Origin: an uncultured Verrucomicrobiae bacterium
Lineage (GTDB): Bacteria; Verrucomicrobiota; Verrucomicrobiia; Limisphaerales; Palsa-1400
Assembly (NCBI GenBank): GCA_963702845.1
Contig: OY969763.1
Span: forward strand, 5,056,001-5,120,000
Length of the DNA stretch: 64,000 bases
Reading direction: 5' to 3'
Of the stretch, positions 39,446 to 48,151 are shown one piece after another. The notes under the pieces were generated by a model. That model worked only from the letters and a program-made list of their open reading frames with translations, had not been told where the DNA came from and searched no databases. The position numbers and the translations under genes were made by a program. Position 1 is the stretch's first letter. Every line of letters begins with the position of its first letter.

Positions 39446-40594
39446 ATGCCCTGCACACGAGAAGAACTGGAGCAGCGCGAGCAACAAACCCTCGCGCCTT
39501 ATGCGCAATTGTCCGGTGACTCTCGCGGTCGCCTTTACCCCGAAGAGCCGGCGCTCTGGCGCACGCACTACCAACGCGATCGCGACCGCGTCATCCACTC
39601 GCGCGCATTTCGGCGGCTGGAATACAAAACGCAGGTTTTTCTCAACGGTCGCGGCGATCACTTTCGCACGCGGTTGACGCACACGATGGAAGTTGCCGCA
39701 ACGACGCGCAGCATCGCACGCGCGTTGCGGTTGAATGAAGATATCGCGGAGACGATCGCGCTCGCACACGACCTGGGCCATTCGCCGTTCGGCCACAAGG
39801 GCGAAGAAGTGCTCAACAAACTGATGCGCGGCCAGGGCGGTTTTGAGCACAATAAGCAGAGTTTGCGAATCGTTGAAGAACTGGAACAACGTTACCCGGC
39901 GTTTCGTGGTTTGAATCTGACGTGGGAAGTGCGCGAGGGTTTGATGAAGCACGAGCGGTCGTTTGTCGTTCCCAATCCGAACGGTTTCACCGCGCGGTCA
40001 ACGTCGCTTGAGGCGCAAGTCGCGAATCTCGCGGACGAACTCACTTACGCGAGTCATGATCTCGATGACGGCATGGAAGCGGGATTGCTTTCCGAAGACA
40101 AATTGCGGCGCGATGTGAAAATTTTCGGCGACGCATGGAAGCACGTTCGCAAAACGCACGGTGATTTGCCCGATGAATTGCGCCGCCATTATATCGTGCG
40201 CTCGATCATCGACTGGCAGGTGCATGATGTGGTTGAAAACAGCGAACAAAACATTTTCGACTCGTGCGTGAAATCAGCAGACGACGTTCGCAAGCAAACA
40301 CGTCCGCTCATTCAACACAGCACGGAACGTCGCAAGCTCAACGCCGAGTTGCGCAAATATCTCTACGCGAATTTCTATCTCAGCGACGGCGTTTCTGGAC
40401 CAAACCAGCGCGCCGGAAGAATGCTGGAAGAACTGTTTCGCTACTACCTTTTGCATCCAAAAGAAATCGGCGAAGGCGCCCAGAAACGCGCGCGCAAAGC
40501 AGGCTGGCATCGGGCCATTTGTGATTACCTCTCCGGGATGACGGATCGTTACGCGATTAACGATTACCAACGGATATTCGGCGTTTCGCGCTAA
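39446..40594 (+). CDS. dgt: Deoxyguanosinetriphosphate triphosphohydrolase (HD superfamily)
   Basis: QRDRDRVIHSRAFRRL.YKTQVF, RTRLTH, AHDLGHSPFGH, HDLDD, DYLSGMTD. Confidence 0.95.
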   Translation: MPCTREELEQREQQTLAPYAQLSGDSRGRLYPEEPALWRTHYQRDRDRVIHSRAFRRLEYKTQVFLNGRGDHFRTRLTHTMEVAATTRSIARALRLNEDIAETIALAHDLGHSPFGHKGEEVLNKLMRGQGGFEHNKQSLRIVEELEQRYPAFRGLNLTWEVREGLMKHERSFVVPNPNGFTARSTSLEAQVANLADELTYASHDLDDGMEAGLLSEDKLRRDVKIFGDAWKHVRKTHGDLPDELRRHYIVRSIIDWQVHDVVENSEQNIFDSCVKSADDVRKQTRPLIQHSTERRKLNAELRKYLYANFYLSDGVSGPNQRAGRMLEELFRYYLLHPKEIGEGAQKRARKAGWHRAICDYLSGMTDRYAINDYQRIFGVSR

Positions 40595-41451
40595 CGCGCC
40601 GTCGGATAGTACGGTTTCGGAATGATATTCCCGGGGAAATTCGTTTCGTCACTCAATAGCGCGGCGTAATTCGCGTTCGTCAGGATTGCAGAAATGGTCG
40701 TCGGTTTCCCATCAAGCACAGCAGCCTCTTGCACGAGGCGAATCCCATGGCTGTAGTCGGCCCACGTTTGGGCGTGTCCGTTGTAAATCGGTTGAATCGC
40801 TTTGCCGTCTGCTTTATGCCAGCCGTAAATCACGACGGGAGTTGAAGCGCGTGTGTGCAAGTTGGTGTAGATGAGCGTTGAGATAACGATGTCTTTCTTG
40901 TCGCCGGCCACCAACTCGCCAAGCGGATGCGCGGAAATTTGCGCGTGACGTTGCGTGCGGACAATTTGGTTGTGCTCATCAAATATGGGCACGGTGATCA
41001 TCTTCGCGGTCGGCGGCATTGGCATCGGTGTCATTTTGACTTTCGCCGCGCTCCAGATGTCGTCCGAGATTTTGCGTGTGGCCAAAGTGCAATCGAGAAA
41101 CGTCGCGATACGTTGCGCGAGCATCGGCGTCATTGGCGTGAGCAAGTAATCTGAGTCCGACCCGAGCGCGAAGTAGTCCGGTGCTACATAAAATTGCACA
41201 GTGTGGTTCGTGCCATTGATCGTCGCGGAGTTTGTGAGCGCGACGAATTTGTGTAGAAAATTCGGGATGTTGCCGTTTGTAACCCACTGAAAAATGTATT
41301 CTTCACGATCCGCCAACGTCAGCGGCGTCATCTCTTTGACTAGCTCTTTGCCTTCCGGCACAGTCAGTGGCCGCGACGGCAGTTTCATCGTTTGTGCGGA
41401 ACAGACACAGGCGAATCCGGTGGCAATGATCAATTGTACAATTGCGCGCAT
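40591..41451 (-). CDS. Exported conserved hypothetical protein
   Basis: Signal peptide; motifs PDY..GSD.D, AGDKKD.VI, IYGWH..G..IQP, DYSHGIRLV. Confidence 0.7.
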   Translation of the reverse strand: MRAIVQLIIATGFACVCSAQTMKLPSRPLTVPEGKELVKEMTPLTLADREEYIFQWVTNGNIPNFLHKFVALTNSATINGTNHTVQFYVAPDYFALGSDSDYLLTPMTPMLAQRIATFLDCTLATRKISDDIWSAAKVKMTPMPMPPTAKMITVPIFDEHNQIVRTQRHAQISAHPLGELVAGDKKDIVISTLIYTNLHTRASTPVVIYGWHKADGKAIQPIYNGHAQTWADYSHGIRLVQEAAVLDGKPTTISAILTNANYAALLSDETNFPGNIIPKPYYPTAR

Positions 41452-41482
41452 AATTACGGTGGCAATAAAGGTGTAATGTCGA

Positions 41483-44365
41483 TCAGAGCCACTCGCGAAT
41501 CTTTTCCTGATACTTGTTGTAAACAAATCCGAGGGCCAGCAGCACCACGCCGAGCGCGAGCAAGCTGAGAATGCGGTAGATGAGTTCCAGATTCCAAACG
41601 TCCATAACAACGCGGCCAAGTGCACATGCGAGAATCGCCAAACCAATCCAGCGATACATTCGTTCCCGGAACGCAAAACCGACCGCGATTATAACCAACG
41701 CAAGCCCAGCCCATGCCGCCGTGAGATACACCGAACCGCCAGAAATCGCGATGACCCAGCGAGAGACGAAGAGCCACAGTGACAACAGCCCTGCAACAAT
41801 CATCGCAACGTTCCATTCGGGTTGCAGCGGGAATCGACTGGGTGCGCGAGCGACGACTTGCTGCAAGCCGAGCAACACCAGAATGAACGCAAAATTGGGA
41901 AAGTAGATTTGCGGTGCTGGTAGAAGGTGATGATAAACGAGAGTCGCCAGCGCCGCAGCGAGATAAACTCCGCCAAATGCTGCGACGTTGCGGCTACCCT
42001 TCCATGCCGTCGCGAGAAATATCAGAGTGCCAACAAGGCCCAGCACCCAAACGCGTTCGCGCACAGGAATATATTCATGCACCCACCAGAGCGACATCAG
42101 CACCGCGAGCGCAAGATAGAGAAGGCTGATCTGCGGGACGTTTTGTTTGGCCTGGTCGGGCAAGCGGCTGAGGAACAGTTCGCTGACGATCCACACCATC
42201 GAAACGAGCACGATCATCGGCACGAGCGCGAGATACCAATCAGGTTTGCCCAAGGCCAGTTCGCGGATGAATTCGACGCCGCTGACGATGAGGAACAGTT
42301 GGGCCGCAGCGGCCAATATCCATGCACGTGTTGACAGCGCGTAGATGGTGAGCGCGAGCGCGAGACCGCTCGTGAACGCCAACCACGCGCCGGGTTCAAA
42401 GTGCGGTTGCAACCAGGTGTAGAGAACGGCCATGGTCGCGAGCGCGTAAAGGGCCTGCAAACTTTGGCGCGCGGCGGATTGCATCACGACGCGCTTCTGC
42501 CATTGCCACCAGTGACTCACGCCAACGGTCGCGGTGATGAGAATTAACGGATGCCACCAAGCCTGTTTGGGTCCAATGGTCGCGTGGTAAATCCAAATCA
42601 ACTGCGAAGCGATGAGATAAGTTTGGCCGAGCAAAACTACCTCAGAAATGTTGAGCGCGTAAAATACAACCATCAACAGCACCGCGCCGATGGCCAGACT
42701 TGAGCCGAACCATTCTTGCGGGGCAAATTTCCAATCGAGGTATGCCCACGTGAATAACGCTAGGAGCGCAAAATAGGTTGTGAGCAGGCGTAGTGATTTT
42801 TCATCGGGCGATTCGCGGCGGCTGGCCCAAATCAAATTAAAGCCAAGTAGCGCCCCGACACCCAACCCAAGTGCAGTCGACGGGTGTGTCTCCATTCCAA
42901 GCGTCAGAAACGGAACGGCCAGCAGTGATGTCACTGCCGCGCCTGCGCGCATAATCCTGCTCGATTGTTGGTAGCTGAGAACGAGGAGCACCGCGCTTTC
43001 GGCGGCGAGCACCAGGGCCAGTCGCAGACCAGAGAAGTAAGCAATCAAACCGACGGTCACGAGAACCAGCCCCTGCGTGAGATAAGCTTTCGCCGAGAGC
43101 GGTTCATCGGCCAGCCACTTGCGAGCGGCCGCCGCAAGCCCAATCAGCACGAGACCGAAACCGAGCGAGAACTTCCAGAAGTTGCCGTGGTTCACGTGCA
43201 GCATCGAAAGGATGACCATGCCGAAAAACGCGCCGTTATTGACCGTGAGATACGCCGCGCGGCGAACATCGATAAGTTTTTCGCTTCGCGACAAGAACAC
43301 CACGGCAGTGAAGATGATCCAGTAACCGGCGAGGAAAATGTTGCCGTAGTTAAGTTGTTCGGCGCGCAGGTCCCAAAGGAAATCGCCGTGGTGATAGAAT
43401 CGCCAAAAGACGAACGAAGCATAGGTAGCCGGAAGGCTGACGATAGACAGTGTCGCCCAACGATTCCGCAGCAGGAAAAGCACTGCGGCAGCAGTCAAAA
43501 TGACGTTGGAATAAAGTGTGAATAATCCAATGTCAGTAACGACAGCGGTGTAGTAGGCGAGCGAAATGGCGAACAGCGCGAGCACCTCGGACTTTCGCCG
43601 GTCCGCTATCCACACAATCACTGCAGCCCAGGTGAACAACAGGATTCCATCGACGAATGCGCTCGTAATGACGCGCAAAGGCGGAAGGTAATGCGCGGCG
43701 TAAGTAGCGAAATAAATGCTCGCGAGGCCACCGGCGGACAATACCTGGCCATAGTTCTTCATCGCGGGCTTTTCCATTTTGCGCTGCAGCCACGCACCCG
43801 CTCCAATTAGCAACGCACCCGCAAAATAAATCAGCGACAATTTTTCAGCAGGTCCGAGGCGGCCGATAATGTTGTCGTAGGCGTAATAACCCAGGAACGC
43901 CAACCCCGTTAGCAGCACAACAATGCCGACGCGCACGAGCCAAAACGTGCCGAGGCGCAATTCGAAAGAACTCTTCTCGTTAGCGGTGACTGGAAAAGGA
44001 GGAACGATCGGCGGTGCGGAGAATTCCTCAGTAGCGACAAGCGTTGGCACAGCGGCGAATGGCGGTGGCGGGATCGGGATTTCCTGCGCGACCGGAGCCG
44101 TTGGTTCGACTTTTTTTGCAACTTCGCGAACTGGCTCCGGTTGGGGTGCAATCGGAATGATCGGTGGCACTGCCGGTGGCTCGACGCGAATCTTAATTGG
44201 GACATCCGCCATTAGTTGCGTTGGGCGGGTAACAGTTGGTGTAGGTTCGGCGCTCAGGCGTTGCGACAATTCAGCAACGTTCCGGTTCAGCAACGAGAGT
44301 TGTTGCTGCAGCAATTCCTGCCGGCGTTTCAACTGCTCAAGCTCAAGACGATCTTGATCATTCAT
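41483..44365 (-). CDS. DUF2339 family polytopic membrane protein
   Basis: Coiled-coil and Pro-rich N-terminus, FELRLG..WLVRVG, many TM helices, terminal YRILS...LG..Y. Confidence 0.85.
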   Translation of the reverse strand: MNDQDRLELEQLKRRQELLQQQLSLLNRNVAELSQRLSAEPTPTVTRPTQLMADVPIKIRVEPPAVPPIIPIAPQPEPVREVAKKVEPTAPVAQEIPIPPPPFAAVPTLVATEEFSAPPIVPPFPVTANEKSSFELRLGTFWLVRVGIVVLLTGLAFLGYYAYDNIIGRLGPAEKLSLIYFAGALLIGAGAWLQRKMEKPAMKNYGQVLSAGGLASIYFATYAAHYLPPLRVITSAFVDGILLFTWAAVIVWIADRRKSEVLALFAISLAYYTAVVTDIGLFTLYSNVILTAAAVLFLLRNRWATLSIVSLPATYASFVFWRFYHHGDFLWDLRAEQLNYGNIFLAGYWIIFTAVVFLSRSEKLIDVRRAAYLTVNNGAFFGMVILSMLHVNHGNFWKFSLGFGLVLIGLAAAARKWLADEPLSAKAYLTQGLVLVTVGLIAYFSGLRLALVLAAESAVLLVLSYQQSSRIMRAGAAVTSLLAVPFLTLGMETHPSTALGLGVGALLGFNLIWASRRESPDEKSLRLLTTYFALLALFTWAYLDWKFAPQEWFGSSLAIGAVLLMVVFYALNISEVVLLGQTYLIASQLIWIYHATIGPKQAWWHPLILITATVGVSHWWQWQKRVVMQSAARQSLQALYALATMAVLYTWLQPHFEPGAWLAFTSGLALALTIYALSTRAWILAAAAQLFLIVSGVEFIRELALGKPDWYLALVPMIVLVSMVWIVSELFLSRLPDQAKQNVPQISLLYLALAVLMSLWWVHEYIPVRERVWVLGLVGTLIFLATAWKGSRNVAAFGGVYLAAALATLVYHHLLPAPQIYFPNFAFILVLLGLQQVVARAPSRFPLQPEWNVAMIVAGLLSLWLFVSRWVIAISGGSVYLTAAWAGLALVIIAVGFAFRERMYRWIGLAILACALGRVVMDVWNLELIYRILSLLALGVVLLALGFVYNKYQEKIREWL

Positions 44366-44447
44366 AGCGGAGTTCCGAATCAACAACGCCAGCCTAACTC
44401 GATTGCTGCGTGTGCGGGTAATCGAAAAAACTTAATGGAACATCGAT

Positions 44448-44993
44448 TTAACTTTCCGCGATCCAGATGAGCGTGCCTTCAGGCAGCTTGTCGTAGAGCG
44501 GGATCAAATCGTTCGCTGACAAATGAACACAGCCGTGAGAATCGGGGCGGCCGATAGTCGGTTCGTTGCCCGTGCCGTGGATATATATGAAACGTTCGTA
44601 GGAGCCGATGCCTTCACCGCGATTGCGGCCGGGCTCAAGGCCTTCGATCCAGAAAATGCGATGCGCGATGGGCGTCATCGGCTGATTGGTCCAGGTAAAG
44701 CCAATGAGTTCGCGACTTTTCCAAGCTGCACCGACCGGCCAGCCACCACCGACTTTTTTGGCCACGCGATGCAAACCGCGCGGGGTCATGTTCGAGCCGG
44801 CCTTTTCACCGATACCATACTTAGAGGTGGAACAACGGTAAGTTTTGACCAGTCGAAACGGCGGAAGAAAGTCGTTATCGCGCTCCCACAATGTTGTCGT
44901 CTGCTTCGCGATATTGACCGTGAGCAGGTGGCGGGTGGGAACGACACCTTGCTGTTTGCAGGTTCGTAGAAAATTTCGGACAGTCACGCTCAT
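44448..44993 (-). CDS. L,D-transpeptidase (YkuD) domain protein
   Basis: TPRG, IYIHGT, SHGCV catalytic motif. Confidence 0.9.
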   Translation of the reverse strand: MSVTVRNFLRTCKQQGVVPTRHLLTVNIAKQTTTLWERDNDFLPPFRLVKTYRCSTSKYGIGEKAGSNMTPRGLHRVAKKVGGGWPVGAAWKSRELIGFTWTNQPMTPIAHRIFWIEGLEPGRNRGEGIGSYERFIYIHGTGNEPTIGRPDSHGCVHLSANDLIPLYDKLPEGTLIWIAES

Positions 44994-46327
44994 GTCAGGG
45001 ATTGAGAAACGGCTTCGATCGCCATTCGTGTTTCAGGCGTTGTCGTGGCTTTGTTGAGTTTCTTAACCAACACCTTGGAGTTCCGGCCGCTTTGGTCGTA
45101 CTTGGCGCGGCGCTCTGGAGGTAGATCGTCCGGCATGCCTTCGCTGAAACCGCCCTTCGACTGGAAATAAGTAAACGCTTGCGTCGACAGGGTAATCAAA
45201 TCGGTCAGCCCCATCTCGCGAGCTTTGGACTCCGCGAACTGAATCAATTTTTTGCCGATGCCCTGGTTCTCGTGCGACGGACTCACATACAAGCAGGCCA
45301 GTTCGCCCTTAGTCGCGTCGAGTTGATGCAACGCGACGCAGGCGATCGGGTTTTTGTCTGTTTCGAAAATGTAAAAATCGCCAATCATCTTTTCGATCAT
45401 CGGCCGCGTGCGTTTGGCCAACTCTTCGCTGGCAACGGACCCTTTCGTTAACATCATGATCGCGCGGACGTCTTTCTTCAGCGCGCGCCGGATCTGCTGG
45501 TATTCGTTGGCGTAAACGAGCGTGCCGATGCCTTCGTTGGAGAACACTTCCGCCAAGACAGCTTCGTCGATGCGACCATTGATGAAATGCACCCTCGGCA
45601 CACCGGCGCGACACGCGGCCGCACCGTTGACTGCTTTCGACAAAATTTCGGGAGCGAACTTGTCTTTGTGCTGCGCGAGAAGCGTATCGAGTTCCGCGAC
45701 CAGGATTTGCGGGATGACTTCCTTATTATAAATAAGGCCGTCCCCAGTCGTGATATAAATGAGCTTCGTCGCGTTCATCGCCTTGGCGACTTCGAAAGCA
45801 ACGCTGTCTGAATTGACGCGATAGGTTTTGCCATCGCCATCGAATCCAAGCGGCGCCACCACCGGCACGATATTTTGCGATAGCAACGATTGCAGCAATT
45901 CGACGTCAACGCGCTCGACCTTGCCGGTGAGCAAATGATCGACGCCATGGATGATTCCCATCGGGTGCGAAATGACCGCATTGGAACTGGCGGCGCGAAG
46001 GTCGTTTGCGCTGAGGCCTTCCAGGACTTCGTGCGTGAGCCGGTTTGCGGCGGTCAACGCGAGTTTGAACGTCGGGGCATCAGTGACACCGCTGCCGTCG
46101 AGATTTGACGGGGTGATGTTTTGTTCCTGCGCGAGCGCGCCGATCTGGGCAGCGGCGCCGTGCACCAAAATAATTTTGATGTTCAGCGAACGCAGGACAG
46201 CGACATCCAACAGGATGTTGGCGAAGTTCTCGCTGGTGACAATCGCCCCGTCGATACTGAGCACGAAAATCTTTTCGCGGAACCGCGGAATGTACTGCAG
46301 GATGCCCCGTAAATCTGTCAGTTTCAC
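44990..46327 (-). CDS. argA: Amino-acid N-acetyltransferase (N-acetylglutamate synthase)
   Basis: AA-kinase-like domain (LVHG, EVFSNEGIGT) plus GNAT domain (ELACLYV...GIG, RNSKVL). Confidence 0.93.
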   Translation of the reverse strand: MKLTDLRGILQYIPRFREKIFVLSIDGAIVTSENFANILLDVAVLRSLNIKIILVHGAAAQIGALAQEQNITPSNLDGSGVTDAPTFKLALTAANRLTHEVLEGLSANDLRAASSNAVISHPMGIIHGVDHLLTGKVERVDVELLQSLLSQNIVPVVAPLGFDGDGKTYRVNSDSVAFEVAKAMNATKLIYITTGDGLIYNKEVIPQILVAELDTLLAQHKDKFAPEILSKAVNGAAACRAGVPRVHFINGRIDEAVLAEVFSNEGIGTLVYANEYQQIRRALKKDVRAIMMLTKGSVASEELAKRTRPMIEKMIGDFYIFETDKNPIACVALHQLDATKGELACLYVSPSHENQGIGKKLIQFAESKAREMGLTDLITLSTQAFTYFQSKGGFSEGMPDDLPPERRAKYDQSGRNSKVLVKKLNKATTTPETRMAIEAVSQSLT

Positions 46328-46433
46328 TTTTGGTTGTCGCTTCTTTGAAAGAGATAAGTAGGCAAGTCGCCACAGTTTTCAAACAAATTCTGCGCTTGCG
46401 TGTCGGGTTGGCTGTGACGTTCGCGGACGGAAT

Positions 46434-46613
46434 CTACTCCGTGTGAACATCGAGCGCCATCACCTCGCCGGCTTCGCATTGAACGCAAACTTCGAACGGG
46501 CGACAGCAGACTTCGCAATCGGTGGTGAAACGCTGATCGCGAATGGTCGTGTCGAACTCCAGATCGAAGCAGCTTCCGCAGAAGGGACATTGAACTTGTT
46601 CGGTCAGTTGCAT
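46434..46613 (-). CDS. CPXCG-motif cysteine-rich small protein
   Basis: CPFCG...DCEVCCRP. Confidence 0.85.
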   Translation of the reverse strand: MQLTEQVQCPFCGSCFDLEFDTTIRDQRFTTDCEVCCRPFEVCVQCEAGEVMALDVHTE

Positions 46614-46717
46614 ACGGGGTCGAACTGTAACCAACATAGCGCGGGAGTTTTGGTTGTGCAAATTAAACCACAGATAGAGACAGATACATACAGGTACGGA
46701 ATAACAGGGGGTGAGGA

Positions 46718-46746
46718 TAACTGTATTTAGCTGTATCTAACTGTAG
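46718..46746. repeat. 10-bp phased array (TARCTGTA, 3 units)
   Basis: CTGTA at 46721, 46731 and 46741. Confidence 0.7.
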
Positions 46747-46848
46747 ATCGGTGCAACAAGGACTCAAGGACGAGGACGGGAGGACCGCCCCACCTCTAGA
46801 CCCGTCCCGCCGTCCCAAGGGCCGTAAACATTGATGGTTTTTGAGGTT

Positions 46849-46872
46849 TGACCCGTCACGTGGGACGGGTCA
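46849..46872. other. Inverted repeat / hairpin downstream of the response regulator
   Basis: tgacccgtc-acgtgg-gacgggtca perfect 9-bp stem; no U-tract. Confidence 0.55.
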
Positions 46873-46894
46873 CAACCGTCACACATGCCGCCAA

Positions 46895-47812
46895 TTAGGA
46901 TCGGGAGAAGCCGATTTGAATCTTGTTAGCTGCGCCGGAACTCAGGTCGTGGGCGAAAACGTAGTAATATGCGGTTCCGGCAAAGGGTAACACCGTCCAG
47001 GATAATTTACGGTAACCGGTATCCTTACAGCGATGACGCGCGGTAAAGGAAGTGGGCGCGCCGCGTTCGACTTGCATTAACGCCTTGCTGACGGTTTCCC
47101 AGTCTTCGTTGTGAACGACGGTAAGGATGCTCTTTTCTTTCAACTCATCTTCGATAAAGCCGACGTGATGTTCCCAAGCTGGATTAACGCAACGAAATAC
47201 GCCGGTTGGATCGATTACGGCCAGGGGTTGCGGTGAAAGCATGTAGAACGGATTCCCGCGGGTTTGGGCTTCTAACCGTTGATCCAAGCTTCCAAGAGCT
47301 GGATTTGAATTACCGAGGAGGTTAGTGATTTTTCGCGTCTGTTCCTCGATCGTTTTGGTTTTGCGATAAAGGTCGAGGAAAACGCCGATCTTTGTCCGCA
47401 ACACATCGGGGACGATGGGTGAAAAGATGTAATCCACCGCGCCCAACGAATAGCCGCGAGCAGTCAAATCATCGGTGTTGTGAACGCTGGTAATAAATAT
47501 GATCGGTGTGTGCGCACATTGGACGCGCTGACGAATCATGGCTGCGGTTTCGAAGCCGTCCATGCTAGGCATGAATACGTCCATCAGGATGACGGCGAAT
47601 TCATGCTGCAAAATTTCACGTAATGCGTCGCGGCCGGATTTGGCCAGGATGATAGTTTCACCCAAGGTTGAAAGTACGGATTCGAGCGCGACGAGTTTGT
47701 CTTCGCGATCGTCGACGATAAGGATCTTGGCGGGAATGTTCGGGTGCTGGGGCTGGATCAGGCGCTGGGCGCTCAAGGGGACGGGCGGTGCGTCGCGTAA
47801 TTCCTGGGTCAT
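46895..47812 (-). CDS. Response regulator receiver plus PAS domain protein
   Basis: ILIVDD, ILMDVFMP.MDGFE, TPIIFIT, GAVDYI; PAS-like VNPAW...VH.ED. Confidence 0.88.
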   Translation of the reverse strand: MTQELRDAPPVPLSAQRLIQPQHPNIPAKILIVDDREDKLVALESVLSTLGETIILAKSGRDALREILQHEFAVILMDVFMPSMDGFETAAMIRQRVQCAHTPIIFITSVHNTDDLTARGYSLGAVDYIFSPIVPDVLRTKIGVFLDLYRKTKTIEEQTRKITNLLGNSNPALGSLDQRLEAQTRGNPFYMLSPQPLAVIDPTGVFRCVNPAWEHHVGFIEDELKEKSILTVVHNEDWETVSKALMQVERGAPTSFTARHRCKDTGYRKLSWTVLPFAGTAYYYVFAHDLSSGAANKIQIGFSRS

Positions 47813-48147
47813 AGGGCTAACAGGGATGTTGTGGGGGTGAACGGCAGTTCTGTCGGGGCCAGCGGACCATTCGTCAGTGCGCCAGAACTCTTCAGATGTG
47901 CGCCGGAATAGTCAAACCGTTCGCCTGAACTATCCGGATGTGAGCCTGAATTATCAAGTTGTGCACCCGACCTGTCAGTGCGTGCGCCCAAAATGTCTAG
48001 ATGTGAGACCAACCTTTCCAGACGTGCGCCGGAACCGTCCGGGCGTGCGCCAATAACTTCCAGGCGCACCGCAAAAAGCTCCAAGGACACCCCCGTGACG
48101 TTCGTCCAAGCCTTTAATCTAGATTGTGTTACGTCAAATCGAGCCAT
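47809..48147 (-). CDS. Putative 112-aa heptad-repeat ORF between kinase and response regulator
   Basis: ATG lies 4 nt after the kinase stop; its TGA overlaps the next ATG (ATGA); encodes GARxxxS-type heptads. Confidence 0.45.
   Translation of the reverse strand: MARFDVTQSRLKAWTNVTGVSLELFAVRLEVIGARPDGSGARLERLVSHLDILGARTDRSGAQLDNSGSHPDSSGERFDYSGAHLKSSGALTNGPLAPTELPFTPTTSLLAL
47877..48065. repeat. 21-bp degenerate tandem repeat, 9 units (consensus start GTGCGCC)
   Basis: Units start at 47877, 47898, 47919, 47940, 47961, 47982, 48003, 48024 and 48045. Confidence 0.85.
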
Positions 48148-48151
48148 AGGT

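Noticed and set aside
39446..40594. dGTPase as an anti-phage defence gene
   Set aside because: Housekeeping-type Dgt directly downstream of ispH, with no defence-island context
47877..48065. CRISPR array
   Set aside because: The 21-bp period is too short, units are degenerate without a repeat-spacer structure, and no cas genes are present
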